From an uncultured Christensenella sp. (GTDB lineage: Bacteria > Bacillota > Clostridia > Christensenellales > Aristaeellaceae): 52,593 nt of DNA. The stretch covers positions 1-52,593 of the forward strand of contig CAZPBJ010000012.1 of assembly GCA_964584685.1 (NCBI GenBank). The letters run 5' to 3'. How positions within the stretch are numbered: the first letter of the stretch is position 1; each line of letters begins with the position of its first letter. Below the pieces are notes generated by a model. The model had not been told where the DNA came from, searched no databases, and saw nothing but the letters and a program-made list of their open reading frames with translations. Position numbers and translations under genes: made by a program. Of this stretch, positions 38,763 through 48,892 are shown in pieces.

Positions 38763-38905
38763 AGCTTGTATGCAACACATGGACTGTGTCCGGGATTACC
38801 TGCAGTCAATGGCATACCGGCAGTGCTGATGCCTATTCTACGCCTTCCGCGCCCTTGAGCACCTGGGCGACCTGTGTCGGCCATAGACGATTAGGAGGTC
38901 AGGCA

Positions 38906-39646
38906 ATGTTTAACGCGGAAAAAGCCAAGTTCGATTGCGTTGCATGGATCCGGGCGTTTTTTGAAACAAACGGCAAGGGCTGCAATGCGGTCGTCGGAAT
39001 CTCAGGCGGAAAGGACAGCTCTACGGTCGCGGCGTTGTGCGCGGAGGCGCTGGGAAAGGAGCGCGTCATCGGTGTTCTTATGCCCTGCGGCGAGCAGCCG
39101 GATATCGACATGGCCTGCCTGCTTGTCCGGCACTTGCAGATACCCTACTATGTGATCAACATCAAATCCGCGGTGGATGATGTTCTTGCCGGCATAAGCG
39201 TGCTGCCGGAAATAAGTGCGCAGACAAGAACAAACCTCCCCGCAAGGATACGAATGGCTGCGTTGTACGCTGTATCGCAAAGCATGAACGGTCGAGTCGC
39301 AAATACCTGCAACCTTTCGGAGGATTATGTGGGCTATGCCACAAGGTACGGAGACGGCGCCGGCGACTTCAGTCCCCTGTGCAATATGACTGTATCAGAA
39401 GTCAAAGCCGTGGCGAAAACGCTCGGCTTGCCCGACGCGCTGATCGAAAAAACGCCCATCGACGGACTCAGCGGAAAATCCGACGAGGAGAATCTCGGCT
39501 TTTCCTATGCTGAGCTTGACAAGTACATCCGCACAGGCAGGATCAGGAACGCCGATACTAAAAACAGAATAGACACCCTGCTTCAAAGCAATCAATTTAA
39601 GCTAAAGCAGATGCCCGGTTTTCTTTTTGAGGAGACCTATCGTTAA
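38906..39646 (+). CDS. nadE: NH3-dependent NAD+ synthetase
   Basis: PP-loop SGGKDS (GISGGKDSS). 246 aa, a typical NadE length. AGGAGG SD upstream of the ATG at 38906. Confidence 0.85.
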   Translation: MFNAEKAKFDCVAWIRAFFETNGKGCNAVVGISGGKDSSTVAALCAEALGKERVIGVLMPCGEQPDIDMACLLVRHLQIPYYVINIKSAVDDVLAGISVLPEISAQTRTNLPARIRMAALYAVSQSMNGRVANTCNLSEDYVGYATRYGDGAGDFSPLCNMTVSEVKAVAKTLGLPDALIEKTPIDGLSGKSDEENLGFSYAELDKYIRTGRIRNADTKNRIDTLLQSNQFKLKQMPGFLFEETYR

Positions 39647-40185
39647 ACAATGCAGTCTGATTACTGTTGTGCGTATCATGGCAGGTCATGACCGCTTTCA
39701 TCGCAGAATCGCGCGCCATTTAATTAACTTCAGGGGATCCTGTTTCTGTAGGTCGGCGGCTTTCCTGCACGGGCATGTACGGCGGCAAACTCTTCCTGCG
39801 CGGCGATTGCCGTGATATCCGTTTCCCCGAACGAGTGACGGCCACAGCTGCTACGCGGGAGGATATGGTGAGGATCCTCGGCCATATCCCCCTGTTTTGC
39901 CGGCAGTTCGGCCATGACGCAGACTCTGTCATGGCGACGCCCTTCACCCTGGTGACCCCCAACAGCCAAAATCCCTACAGGCAGACCTATGTCATGAATT
40001 GAGTGTGATCATAGCTGCGTAACCGAATGCAGTATGAACTGATAATATTCTTTCTACTCAGAAATATTATAAAACACCGGGCGGTATACATACAGCCCAG
40101 TGCCTTGAATCCGCAAGACGATCCTAAATATATACCAAAATATTGGGATTAGTTGCTGTTGATTCTCTCGATATACTATTACGTC

Positions 40186-41211
40186 TTACAGCTTTACATC
40201 GACAGGCTCCCGTTTTTCCGCTGAGCTTAGAATAGCTAAAACGATCAATGCACCGCGCCGTGCATCCTCAAGCGTGACGCGGAAATCCTTCCCATCTGCA
40301 AGACGATCCACAAAATCCCGGATGCTTTCATACGAGAGGCCTTTGCACTTGTCAAACACATAGTTGGTAACCAGGATGTCGGGTGTATAAGCCCTATTGT
40401 CATCAACAAGATGAATCAGGTTATGGCTTGACAGGTCAAGGCTTACCATGCCATTAGTGCACAGCATGCTGAACCTGAAATCATTGACATTGGTATTGCC
40501 GTTGGGGGTGGCCCAGCCGTTCTCCATCTGAGCAATCCCGCCCTTTTTAAACTCCAGCGTGGTTAGGAAGAGGTCTGGCGTGTCTACGCCAAGTTCTTTG
40601 AGGATGCCTTCGCTCTTCAGGGAATAGACCCTTGTTACCTCGTCGTCGAACATCCACCGCAGCGTATCAACACTGTGGCTGCCAAGGAACCACATGATGG
40701 AAGATTGAGCCGCCCAGGAAAGCATGTCGGTGGCGACCCATTTGATATCACTGTGCCTTATGTAAGCGTTCTTCGGAATGCCCAGTCTGCCGCTCCTGAT
40801 CTCCTGCCATGCCTTGTTGAAGGGTGGATTCCAGCGGTTATGCAGGTCCACCATGCAGCGGATGCCATTACGTTCGACAGCTTCACAAATACGCTCGATA
40901 TCGGGGGCATTCGTGGCAAGAGGTTTTTCGATCAACAGATCCTTTTTCGCGTCCGCGAAAACCACTGCTATATCAGCATGCAAAAAGTCAGGCGTCACAA
41001 CCGCTACAGCATCACAATGCGACTTTTTTGCCATTTCACGATAATCCGAATAAACTTCCTTCACTCCGAATTTCGACGCGATCGCTTCAGCCCGACTGAT
41101 ATCCCGGTCGCAAATGGCTGTAAACTCAGCCAAGGGATGCTCATGGTAAATTGATCCATGTGTTTCGCCCCACACGCCCGCGCCTACCACTCCGATTTTC
41201 AGCTTTTCCAT
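40186..41211 (-). CDS. Gfo/Idh/MocA-family NAD(P)-dependent oxidoreductase
   Basis: N-terminal Rossmann motif KIGVVGAGVWG and an EKP motif (LIEKPLA). Confidence 0.8.
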   Translation of the reverse strand: MEKLKIGVVGAGVWGETHGSIYHEHPLAEFTAICDRDISRAEAIASKFGVKEVYSDYREMAKKSHCDAVAVVTPDFLHADIAVVFADAKKDLLIEKPLATNAPDIERICEAVERNGIRCMVDLHNRWNPPFNKAWQEIRSGRLGIPKNAYIRHSDIKWVATDMLSWAAQSSIMWFLGSHSVDTLRWMFDDEVTRVYSLKSEGILKELGVDTPDLFLTTLEFKKGGIAQMENGWATPNGNTNVNDFRFSMLCTNGMVSLDLSSHNLIHLVDDNRAYTPDILVTNYVFDKCKGLSYESIRDFVDRLADGKDFRVTLEDARRGALIVLAILSSAEKREPVDVKL

Positions 41212-41282
41212 GCAATTTCACCTCATTATCACTTGATTATCAATTGAATTTATCTGATACATCAGGCCGTTTTTTTTAGGAA

Positions 41283-42119
41283 CTATTGTTTTACTGCACC
41301 CGCGGTCATGCCGCTGACCAAATATCGCTGAAGGAATAAAAACGCCAATATGACAGGGACCGTGATGATGGTTGCACCTGCCATAACGGCTGCCCAGTTG
41401 GTTGAGTATTGCCCAACAAAGCTTGCCAGGCCAACCGTGATCGTCCACTTGTTGTACCGCTGCACCAGTATGCTTGCAAACAAATACTCATTCCAGCCGT
41501 TGATGAACGAGAACAAACCTGTCGCAAGAAGCCCCGGCACAGTCAATGGCATCACGATAGCGAGAAACGTCTGGAAGTGCCCGCAGCCATCCATGACAGC
41601 AGCTTCATCAAGGGACTTTGGTATCGTATCAAAAAAGCCCTTCATCATCCATGTGCAAAAAGGAACGGCGAAAGTTGTGTAGGCCAGCACCAGCGCCATC
41701 AGGGAATTGATCAAGCCCATCAGGTTCAGAATGACATAGAGAGGGATGAGCAAAAGGGAGCCCGGGATCACCTGCGTAATAAGGATCGAATAAGATAGAG
41801 TCTTCCTTCCCCCGAAACGAAAGCGTGAGAGGCCGTATCCGCCAAGAGCTGCGATTACCAGCGAAAAAGCCGTTGTAATGGACGCGACAGTCACGCTGTT
41901 GGCCAGCCATTGCTTAAAATCAAATTGCCTTGCGCTGGACATAAGGATGTTCCGGTACCCTTCCAGTGTCAAATTGTCGGGCATAAGCGAAGGGACCTTG
42001 TATATCTCGGCGGCCGGTTTGAACGATGTCGAGAGAATCCACACGAAAGGAAATACTGCAAACACGCATACCAGGGAGATCAGCAGCACAACAATGAGCC
42101 TCGATGCTTTCCTTTTCAT
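41283..42119 (-). CDS. carbohydrate ABC transporter permease (MalG-like)
   Basis: 278 aa, EAA loop (DEAAVMDGCGHFQTF). The start overlaps the upstream permease stop. Confidence 0.8.
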   Translation of the reverse strand: MKRKASRLIVVLLISLVCVFAVFPFVWILSTSFKPAAEIYKVPSLMPDNLTLEGYRNILMSSARQFDFKQWLANSVTVASITTAFSLVIAALGGYGLSRFRFGGRKTLSYSILITQVIPGSLLLIPLYVILNLMGLINSLMALVLAYTTFAVPFCTWMMKGFFDTIPKSLDEAAVMDGCGHFQTFLAIVMPLTVPGLLATGLFSFINGWNEYLFASILVQRYNKWTITVGLASFVGQYSTNWAAVMAGATIITVPVILAFLFLQRYLVSGMTAGAVKQ

Positions 42120-43024
42120 GCATCTTCACCCCTGTTGACGATGTTAAGGTAGATAACTGTGAATACAGCGGAAAAGAGCAGCATAACCATGCCGCTTGCG
42201 GCGGCTTTGCCAAAGTCAAAGCCGGAGAAGCCGCTTTTATAGATGTAAACTGTGAGAATTTCCGTGACCCTTGAAGGTCCGCCTCTGGCAAGGAGGTAAA
42301 CAATGCCAAAGTCCTTGATGCTCCAGATAATCAGCAGCAGGAAAACCACTATCGAGACCGGCTTTAGCGAGGGGAGCGTAATGGCACGAAAACGCCGCCA
42401 AGCACTGGCTCCGTCCATGCTGGCTGCCTCGTACAGTTCCTCCGGTATGCTTTGCAGACCGGAAAGCAGCATGATCGCAACAAAGGGAAACCCTTTCCAC
42501 ACAGATACAGCGATGGAGGAACCCAGCGCAAGGTTTGTATCCGTCAGCCATCCGTATGGTATCTGCGTGATACCCAGGCTCATCGCCAGGTGATTGACCA
42601 CACCAAAGTCCAGTTCAAACATCAGTATCCAGACAAGGCAGGCCACAACTTCGGGAACCGCCCAGGGGACGATAATAAGCGCTCGCGCGATGGACCTTCC
42701 CCTAAATCTTGTGTTGAGAAGGACGGCGGCAAAGAGACCCAGGACATAACGGATGGGAATGCTCAGGCCCATATAGATTGCTGTGGTGATGACGGAGTTG
42801 ATGAAATATTTGTCCCGGAATACTTCCAGAAAATTATCAAGACCCACGAAATAGTTGCCGCTGGCGGCCGACTTTGGCATATACCAATACTGCACGCTCA
42901 TTAAGGCGGCCTTTAGGATAGGGTAAACAAGCAGGCCTATCATGACAATAGCCAGGGGTGCCACAAAGAAATACCCCGGATTGACACGAAATCTTTTTTT
43001 ATGCTTGGTCAATGCTTCCTGCAC
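42116..43024 (-). CDS. sugar ABC transporter permease (MalF-like)
   Basis: 302 aa multi-TM, EAA loop (YEAASMDGASAWRRFRAITLP). GTG start with GAGGGG SD. Confidence 0.8.
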   Translation of the reverse strand: MQEALTKHKKRFRVNPGYFFVAPLAIVMIGLLVYPILKAALMSVQYWYMPKSAASGNYFVGLDNFLEVFRDKYFINSVITTAIYMGLSIPIRYVLGLFAAVLLNTRFRGRSIARALIIVPWAVPEVVACLVWILMFELDFGVVNHLAMSLGITQIPYGWLTDTNLALGSSIAVSVWKGFPFVAIMLLSGLQSIPEELYEAASMDGASAWRRFRAITLPSLKPVSIVVFLLLIIWSIKDFGIVYLLARGGPSRVTEILTVYIYKSGFSGFDFGKAAASGMVMLLFSAVFTVIYLNIVNRGEDA

Positions 43025-43111
43025 AACTGCCCCTCAACGATTATTACAGGCGCAAGAGAAAGGAATGTTATCCTTTCTCTTGCACCCATTGGTCCGGTGG
43101 TAGATGACGCT

Positions 43112-44419
43112 TTACTTGTCCATGACCGCCTTGCAGGCTGCAGCGGCTTCATCCAATACGGAGACGACGTCCTGGCCGCCCGCAAACATAGCCTGGCAGG
43201 CGTCGATCATCACCTGCTGCAGCGCCTGGAGCTGTGCGATGGGCGGATCGTTGATCAGCTTGCCGTACTGATTGCCAATGAAGCTGTTGAAAATTGTCGC
43301 AAGCTGGTGATTTTTGGCATACTCTTCGCTGCTGGAGAACACACGGTTGGCGGGAATCATGCCGCAGTCAGCGATGACGCGCTGAGCCTCGTCCGTTGCC
43401 ATCCAGGCAAGGAAGTCAAAGGCTTCCTGCGGGTTCTCGCAGTTTTTGGATACTGAACACACGATAGGGTAGTTGGAAGGATTGCCCTTATAGGTTTGTC
43501 CCTCGTAGACAACGGCAGGCACCGGGATCAGCCCGATATCGTCCATCAATTCGGGATAGGCCGCCTCGGTCATGCCGATGAACCACGGGCCATCGTGGTT
43601 AAAGGCAGCGACACCATGCCAGAAGTACTCACGTGAGTCCTTCTTGTCCGGTGCAGGTTTGCCGCACTTGTCAACCAGCAGGTAATCCTGCCATTCCTTG
43701 GCTGCCCACTTGACCGCTGCGCTGTTCACATTGATCCTGTCGGCGGTGTAGGGGCCAGACTCCCCATCCGGGAAGTAGAATCCGTTGGATGGAATGCGCG
43801 CAAGCTGGCGGACCCATTCGGATACCACAAAGGCATGGGATGAGGTCAGAATGCCCATGGCATACTTGTCATCATGCGTCAGCAGTTTTGATGCCGCCTT
43901 GAAGTCATCCCAGGTGACGAGGGAGGCAGGATCAATGCCCGCTTCCTTCAACATGGATTTGCGATAGAACAGGCCCGTTGTGCCGTAGGCGTAATTGGAC
44001 AGCGCCAGTGATTCGCCGTCAAAGACGCAAGCATCCTGACCGATGAGCAGTTCTTTCAGATTCGTCTTTACAAGATAAGGATCAAGGTTGACAAATGTTC
44101 CTTCTGGCCTCAAGGCGTGATATGTAGCGACATTGTCGGGATACATTTGCATGATATCCGCCTCGTTGCCTGCCATGACTTCGGTGGTCATGTTGTCCCA
44201 GTAGTTTGCATAACCTGCGCCGTAGATCTCGACAGTCACATGAGGAGCGACTTTTTTATACATCTCCAGCAGCAGGTCGAGGGCGCGCTGATGGGGCTCC
44301 TCAACATAAAGTGAGGTCGCAAAGGTAAGGGTGACCGGTTGTTTTGCTTCCGCTGCCACATTACTGACAAAGCCAAGCGACAGCACCAAGACGAGCATCA
44401 GGGACAAGCATTTCTTCAT
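43112..44419 (-). CDS. extracellular solute-binding protein (sugar ABC importer)
   Basis: Signal peptide MKKCLSLMLVLVLSLGFVSNVAA. The start at 44419 is preceded by GGAGGG. Family-1 SBP. Confidence 0.8.
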   Translation of the reverse strand: MKKCLSLMLVLVLSLGFVSNVAAEAKQPVTLTFATSLYVEEPHQRALDLLLEMYKKVAPHVTVEIYGAGYANYWDNMTTEVMAGNEADIMQMYPDNVATYHALRPEGTFVNLDPYLVKTNLKELLIGQDACVFDGESLALSNYAYGTTGLFYRKSMLKEAGIDPASLVTWDDFKAASKLLTHDDKYAMGILTSSHAFVVSEWVRQLARIPSNGFYFPDGESGPYTADRINVNSAAVKWAAKEWQDYLLVDKCGKPAPDKKDSREYFWHGVAAFNHDGPWFIGMTEAAYPELMDDIGLIPVPAVVYEGQTYKGNPSNYPIVCSVSKNCENPQEAFDFLAWMATDEAQRVIADCGMIPANRVFSSSEEYAKNHQLATIFNSFIGNQYGKLINDPPIAQLQALQQVMIDACQAMFAGGQDVVSVLDEAAAACKAVMDK

Positions 44420-44682
44420 GAAAAAACCCTCCATTCCCTCTTTAAAATTTCTGCACACGCTTCTTCAAATGTGCAATTAATATCATAAGATTAGCACAGC
44501 ATCATTCGCCCGTCAATAAAAAATTTTCGAGTCTGAACCTGCACACTTCCCTAAACACCGAGTATAGAGGCAAGGAGGCAATGGCTGACATGATAAATAT
44601 AAGTGTCATACATCGAATGCCTTCAACCTCTACCCTGATAGTTATCTACAGGCAAAGATCCCATGATTAAGCTCACTTCCCG

Positions 44683-44766
44683 GTGTGTGTTGGGCGGTGT
44701 CGGTACTTTTGTGTCCTCTCAGGGAAATAACAAATCCTGACCAACCATAAAGATCCCAACACACAC
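44683..44766. repeat. 13-bp inverted repeat (GGTGTGTGTTGGG ... CCCAACACACACC) spanning a ~58-bp loop, immediately 3' of the primase gene
   Basis: Read directly from sequence. The arms are perfect reverse complements. Confidence 0.45.
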
Positions 44767-44776
44767 CCACACACAG

Positions 44777-47197
44777 CTATTTCTTGTCCTCATCCCAGGG
44801 AGTCGGCCCATCTACCCTGATATAATCTGGTTTCAACCTGTAGCCGATCACTGTGCTGACGGCATTGGCAGTCCTGTCTTTCCCCGGCGCTCTTTTGCGC
44901 TTTACAATTGCCACGCCGGACAGCATGCTGCTGAAGTTTGCCAGGGTCTCCGTATGATGACCGGTCAGCACGCACCAATACTTGTATTTAACATAGGCTT
45001 CAGCAGTGCCCACAAAGTAATCCGCCCCGGCCTCCATCTCCTCCTCCATGAAGCGGCCCAACTTGTCGCTGCTTCGGCGGTATTCGTCGGTGGCGTCGCG
45101 CACGGACTCGGGCATGTCAAAGCCGCTCTCCCCTATCATCCGCAGGCCTTCAAGGCACCAGTTCAGGATGCCGCTGAGGCTCTCATCCGTTGCCAGCTCG
45201 GCTTTCAGGCCCTGGTCCTGCTCATCCTGGGCGAAGTGCCGCTCAAAGGGGATGATCTTCACGCGGCCGGAAGTGAAGAGGCTGACATCGCTTGTGGACG
45301 GCAGGTAGTTGGTATTGATGAAGAGCTTGAACTGCGGCCTGTACTCAAAGCTGTTCTCGTGCAGGTAGCGGGCCGTCAAGGTGTCGTTGCCTGTCAGGGA
45401 CTTTACCAGGGCGGCAGAAAGCTTCATCTGCTTGTCGGGCTCCGCGATATTGACAAAGCGCGCGCCGGCCAGCCGCGCCATGTCCTCCGTGGGGCCGCTG
45501 CCGTTTGCTGCGCCTTTTTGCGCGATGCTGTCGGGCCTGGCGGTCCTGCCGTAGTCACCCATCAGGCGCATGAAGGTCTCCATCGCGGTGCCCTTGCCGT
45601 TGCGGCTGGTGGGGCCGTAGAGCATAAAAAAGCATTCCCTGCTCGTATCCCCGCTCAGGGAGTAGCCCAGGGCCTTGCGCAAAAAAGCGGCCTTGTCCCC
45701 GTCCCCCTGCATCACTTCATGGATGAAATTCTCCCAGCGGGGGCTGAGCGCGGCAGGGTCGAACCGGACGCCCGAAAGCCTGGCCAGCATGTCTTGTGCC
45801 CTGTGGGCGCGGAAAGATCCGTCGCGCAGGTCCAGCGTGCCGTTTTGGCAGTTGAACAGCCAGGGATCCGCGTCAAAGATATCCGCGCACACGGGCCGCA
45901 CGCCGGCAGCGCCCTTCAGGATGGTCTCGCGGTAAGCGTGCCCCTGCCACTTGGCGATGAACTTCAGGTAATCCTGTTTGAGCTTCTCATCCGTCAGGGT
46001 CGCCGCGTACAGGATCAGCGCCCTGGCCAGCTCCTTGCACAGCTCCATCACCTTAAGGCCCGCGATCTTGTCATCCCACACCTTGCCGCTAAAAACAAAC
46101 CACTTGCCGCGGTCCGCCACGTACACCGCGCGGCCCTCGCTCCAGTCGGCGAAGAGGTTGCCGTTGCCGCGGTCATGCCAGCCATAGCGGGCGTTGTTTT
46201 CGGGGTGCAGGGCGGCCAGCAGCGTGTCGGGCTGGGCAGGCTCAGCAGATGGGCCGATTTCCTGCCGCAGCATAAGGGGCGCCGGCTGCCAGGTCTCCCG
46301 GCAACCTTGGACTGCCTTGTCGATGGTAAGGGCGCCGTAGGTCGAGCCGCTTTGCTCCCTGTCCCACTTGTCCGCGCGCATCAGGCCGGACCGGCGGAAC
46401 AAGCGGTCCATCCGCGCCTTGTCGCAGCCAGTCCAGAAGGCCAGCTTGCTGCACAGGGCCAGGTCCGCCTCACTGTGCGAAGCGTAGCCGGTGATGCTGC
46501 CGCGGTACAGCGCGTCAAACTGCAAGCCGCCCTTTGCGCCGGCGGCTTTGTCCAGCAGCTGCAGGTCGTTATCGGCACCGGTCAGCGCGCTGCCGCCGTG
46601 GTACCCGCCCTCAGTCCGGGCGGGCTTGGGCAAGGCTTCCGCCTGTCGCCGCATATACCTGTCCAGCACCTGCCGCAGCTGCCGGCTGCAGCTGTTCAGG
46701 GTTGTGGCGGAGCCGGCCACCCTGTCGCCCGTCACGGTGACATATTTGCTGGTTGCCCCCGCCACATACACCTCCAGCCCCTGTTTGGCGCTGTTGATGT
46801 ACCAGGCAGCCTTGTCATACTCAAAGCCGGGCGCCTTGAACAGGATGCGCAGGCCCTTCCCCGAGGGGCTGAGCTCCGTATAGCTGCCCATGATCGCCAT
46901 CACGTTCACAGCCACATCGTTAAATTGGCCGTCCTCATCGATGCAGCGGTCGATATCGATGGCGCAGATCTCCCCGAAGATCCCCACGCCCAGGCCGTCA
47001 TAGCCCAGCCGGCTCGTCAGCGCCAAGGCAAGCGGCGCGAAGGTATCCGGGTCGTTTGCCCTCGCTGTCCGCCACGTGCGCGGATCATAGGGCACCTTGG
47101 TGCGTTTATCGCCGCGGTCCTCATATCGCCACAGGCAAAAGAGGCCGCTGTCACGCAGCTCGGCGGGCAGGTTGTCGATGTTGGTCAATAAAGTCAC
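44777..47197 (-). CDS. phage/plasmid-type primase-helicase (N-terminal prim-pol-like domain plus C-terminal P4/D5-family SF3 helicase)
   Basis: 806 aa with a Walker A motif (GPTSRNGKGT) in the C-terminal half. The N-terminal SPSGKGLRILF block resembles bifunctional primase-polymerase. A TTG start 9 nt further in has better SD spacing. Confidence 0.8.
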   Translation of the reverse strand: MTLLTNIDNLPAELRDSGLFCLWRYEDRGDKRTKVPYDPRTWRTARANDPDTFAPLALALTSRLGYDGLGVGIFGEICAIDIDRCIDEDGQFNDVAVNVMAIMGSYTELSPSGKGLRILFKAPGFEYDKAAWYINSAKQGLEVYVAGATSKYVTVTGDRVAGSATTLNSCSRQLRQVLDRYMRRQAEALPKPARTEGGYHGGSALTGADNDLQLLDKAAGAKGGLQFDALYRGSITGYASHSEADLALCSKLAFWTGCDKARMDRLFRRSGLMRADKWDREQSGSTYGALTIDKAVQGCRETWQPAPLMLRQEIGPSAEPAQPDTLLAALHPENNARYGWHDRGNGNLFADWSEGRAVYVADRGKWFVFSGKVWDDKIAGLKVMELCKELARALILYAATLTDEKLKQDYLKFIAKWQGHAYRETILKGAAGVRPVCADIFDADPWLFNCQNGTLDLRDGSFRAHRAQDMLARLSGVRFDPAALSPRWENFIHEVMQGDGDKAAFLRKALGYSLSGDTSRECFFMLYGPTSRNGKGTAMETFMRLMGDYGRTARPDSIAQKGAANGSGPTEDMARLAGARFVNIAEPDKQMKLSAALVKSLTGNDTLTARYLHENSFEYRPQFKLFINTNYLPSTSDVSLFTSGRVKIIPFERHFAQDEQDQGLKAELATDESLSGILNWCLEGLRMIGESGFDMPESVRDATDEYRRSSDKLGRFMEEEMEAGADYFVGTAEAYVKYKYWCVLTGHHTETLANFSSMLSGVAIVKRKRAPGKDRTANAVSTVIGYRLKPDYIRVDGPTPWDEDKK

Positions 47198-47483
47198 CTC
47201 CCGCCTTGTCCGTTTGGTTCATGCCATGCTCTCCTTTCATTTGATACCGCGCCCTCGGGCGCCGGTGCCTGAAGCACCTGCAGCGACCTTAACACAAAGT
47301 GTCACTGACATTCACTGACATCTTTTTGGGCCAAAAAGAAGCCCGTTTTCTCATACGGGACAAGGGTTTTGCTTTTGTTTAGATAAGTTTCGTTCATATG
47401 TCTGTGGATAAGTCGTGAGTTATGCACAGGCCTTGACCGCCGATCCCGGCTCTTCTTTTGCCCTGTGCGATGACAGTGAAAGG

Positions 47484-47492
47484 TGGTATGAT
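47484..47492 (+). promoter_or_regulatory. candidate extended -10 promoter (TGgTATGAT) about 80 nt upstream of the aldolase gene
   Basis: TGnTATGAT read from sequence. No convincing -35. Confidence 0.3.
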
Positions 47493-47572
47493 GAATTTGC
47501 ACTTTACGGGGATAATCCCCCGCGCAGGGCCGGCCATCTATCATGACCCGTTGAAGCAGAAAGGCAAATGAC

Positions 47573-48862
47573 ATGAAATTCGAGATAATGCATCCGGCGG
47601 ATCAGCTGGTGATGATCATGCAGCGCATCTACCAATACGGCATGACCACGACCTCGGGCGGCAACCTGTCCATCAGGGACGCCGACGGCGATATCTGGAT
47701 CACGCCTTCGGGCATCGACAAGGGCACCCTGAGCGCGGGCGATATGATCCGGGTCAAGCCGGACGGCCAGGTCAGGGGCATCCACAAGCCATCGGTCGAG
47801 TTTCCATTCCATCGTGATATTTACCGCATCCGCCCCGACCTGCGGGCGATCCTGCACGCGCATCCGCCCACCATGGTTGCCTTCAGCCTGGCGCGCACCA
47901 TCCCCAACACCCGCATGACCTATGACGTGCTGCAGATCTGCAGCGAGGTGGTCATGGCCGATTACGCCGTGCCGGGCAGCGAGCGGCTGGGCAGCAACAT
48001 CGCCAAAAAGTTCACCGAAGGCCATAACGTGGTCATGCTCGAGAACCACGGCTGCGTGATCGGCGCGAAAGACCTTTTCACGGCTTTCCGCGCCTTTGAA
48101 ACGCTGGACTTCAGCGGCCGCCTGCAGATAGACGCCATGAAGCTGGGCGCGCCCCGCAGCCTGAGCGATGAACAGATCAGCCGCCGCGCGAACCTGCGCA
48201 GCCCCGCTTTGACAGAATTTGTGCCGGATCTTGTCTCCAGTGAGGAACGGGCGGTGCGGCGCGACATGTGCGGCTTCATCCACCGCTCCTACGATCAGCG
48301 CCTGTTCACCTCCACGCAGGGCACCTTCTCACAGCGCCTGAGTGACGGCTCTTTTGTGATCACGCCCTACGGCAAGGACCGCAAGTACCTGGAGCCCGAA
48401 GACCTGGTGCTCATCCGGGACGGCATGAGCGAAGCCGGCAAGCTGCCCAGCCGCTCCGTCCTGCTGCATCAGGCGATCTATCAAGCCCATCCGGGGATCG
48501 GCTGTGTCATCATCGCCCACGCGCCGGCCATCATGGCCTTTGCCGTCACCGATGCGCAGTTCGATTCACGCATCATCCCGGAAAGCTATATCAGCCTTCG
48601 GACGCTCGTCAAACTGCCCTTCATGTCCACAGAAAACGACATTGAAGGCACTGTGCGCGCCCTGAACCCGCGGACGCACGTGCTGATCATCGAAAACGAG
48701 TGCGTGCTGGTTACGGGAGCCGACCTGCTCAATGCCTATGACCGTCTGGAGGTATTGGAGTACAGCGCCAAAGCCTTGATCGCCGTCAAGGATATCGGCC
48801 CGATGGTGATGATTTCGGATGACGAGGTCAGGGAGATCGAAAGGGCTTTCCATCTGGAATAG
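47573..48862 (+). CDS. tandem class II aldolase/adducin-domain protein (fuculose-/rhamnulose-phosphate-aldolase-like, duplicated)
   Basis: Two consecutive class II aldolase domains, each with a GGN(L)S..ITPSG-type motif and a metal-binding His region (HAHP / AHAP). Confidence 0.75.
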   Translation: MKFEIMHPADQLVMIMQRIYQYGMTTTSGGNLSIRDADGDIWITPSGIDKGTLSAGDMIRVKPDGQVRGIHKPSVEFPFHRDIYRIRPDLRAILHAHPPTMVAFSLARTIPNTRMTYDVLQICSEVVMADYAVPGSERLGSNIAKKFTEGHNVVMLENHGCVIGAKDLFTAFRAFETLDFSGRLQIDAMKLGAPRSLSDEQISRRANLRSPALTEFVPDLVSSEERAVRRDMCGFIHRSYDQRLFTSTQGTFSQRLSDGSFVITPYGKDRKYLEPEDLVLIRDGMSEAGKLPSRSVLLHQAIYQAHPGIGCVIIAHAPAIMAFAVTDAQFDSRIIPESYISLRTLVKLPFMSTENDIEGTVRALNPRTHVLIIENECVLVTGADLLNAYDRLEVLEYSAKALIAVKDIGPMVMISDDEVREIERAFHLE

Positions 48863-48892
48863 GAACTTGCGTGCCGGGAATAAGGAGAACCG

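Noticed and set aside
44954-47191. 745-aa plus-strand ORF opposite the primase gene
   Set aside because: Ala/Gly/Arg/Val-rich with no Walker or other motif. The minus-strand frame has a clear Walker A and primase blocks.
47198-47572. tRNA gene as integration site next to the primase
   Set aside because: No cloverleaf-compatible sequence, and no GTTCGAATC-like T-arm motif on either strand.
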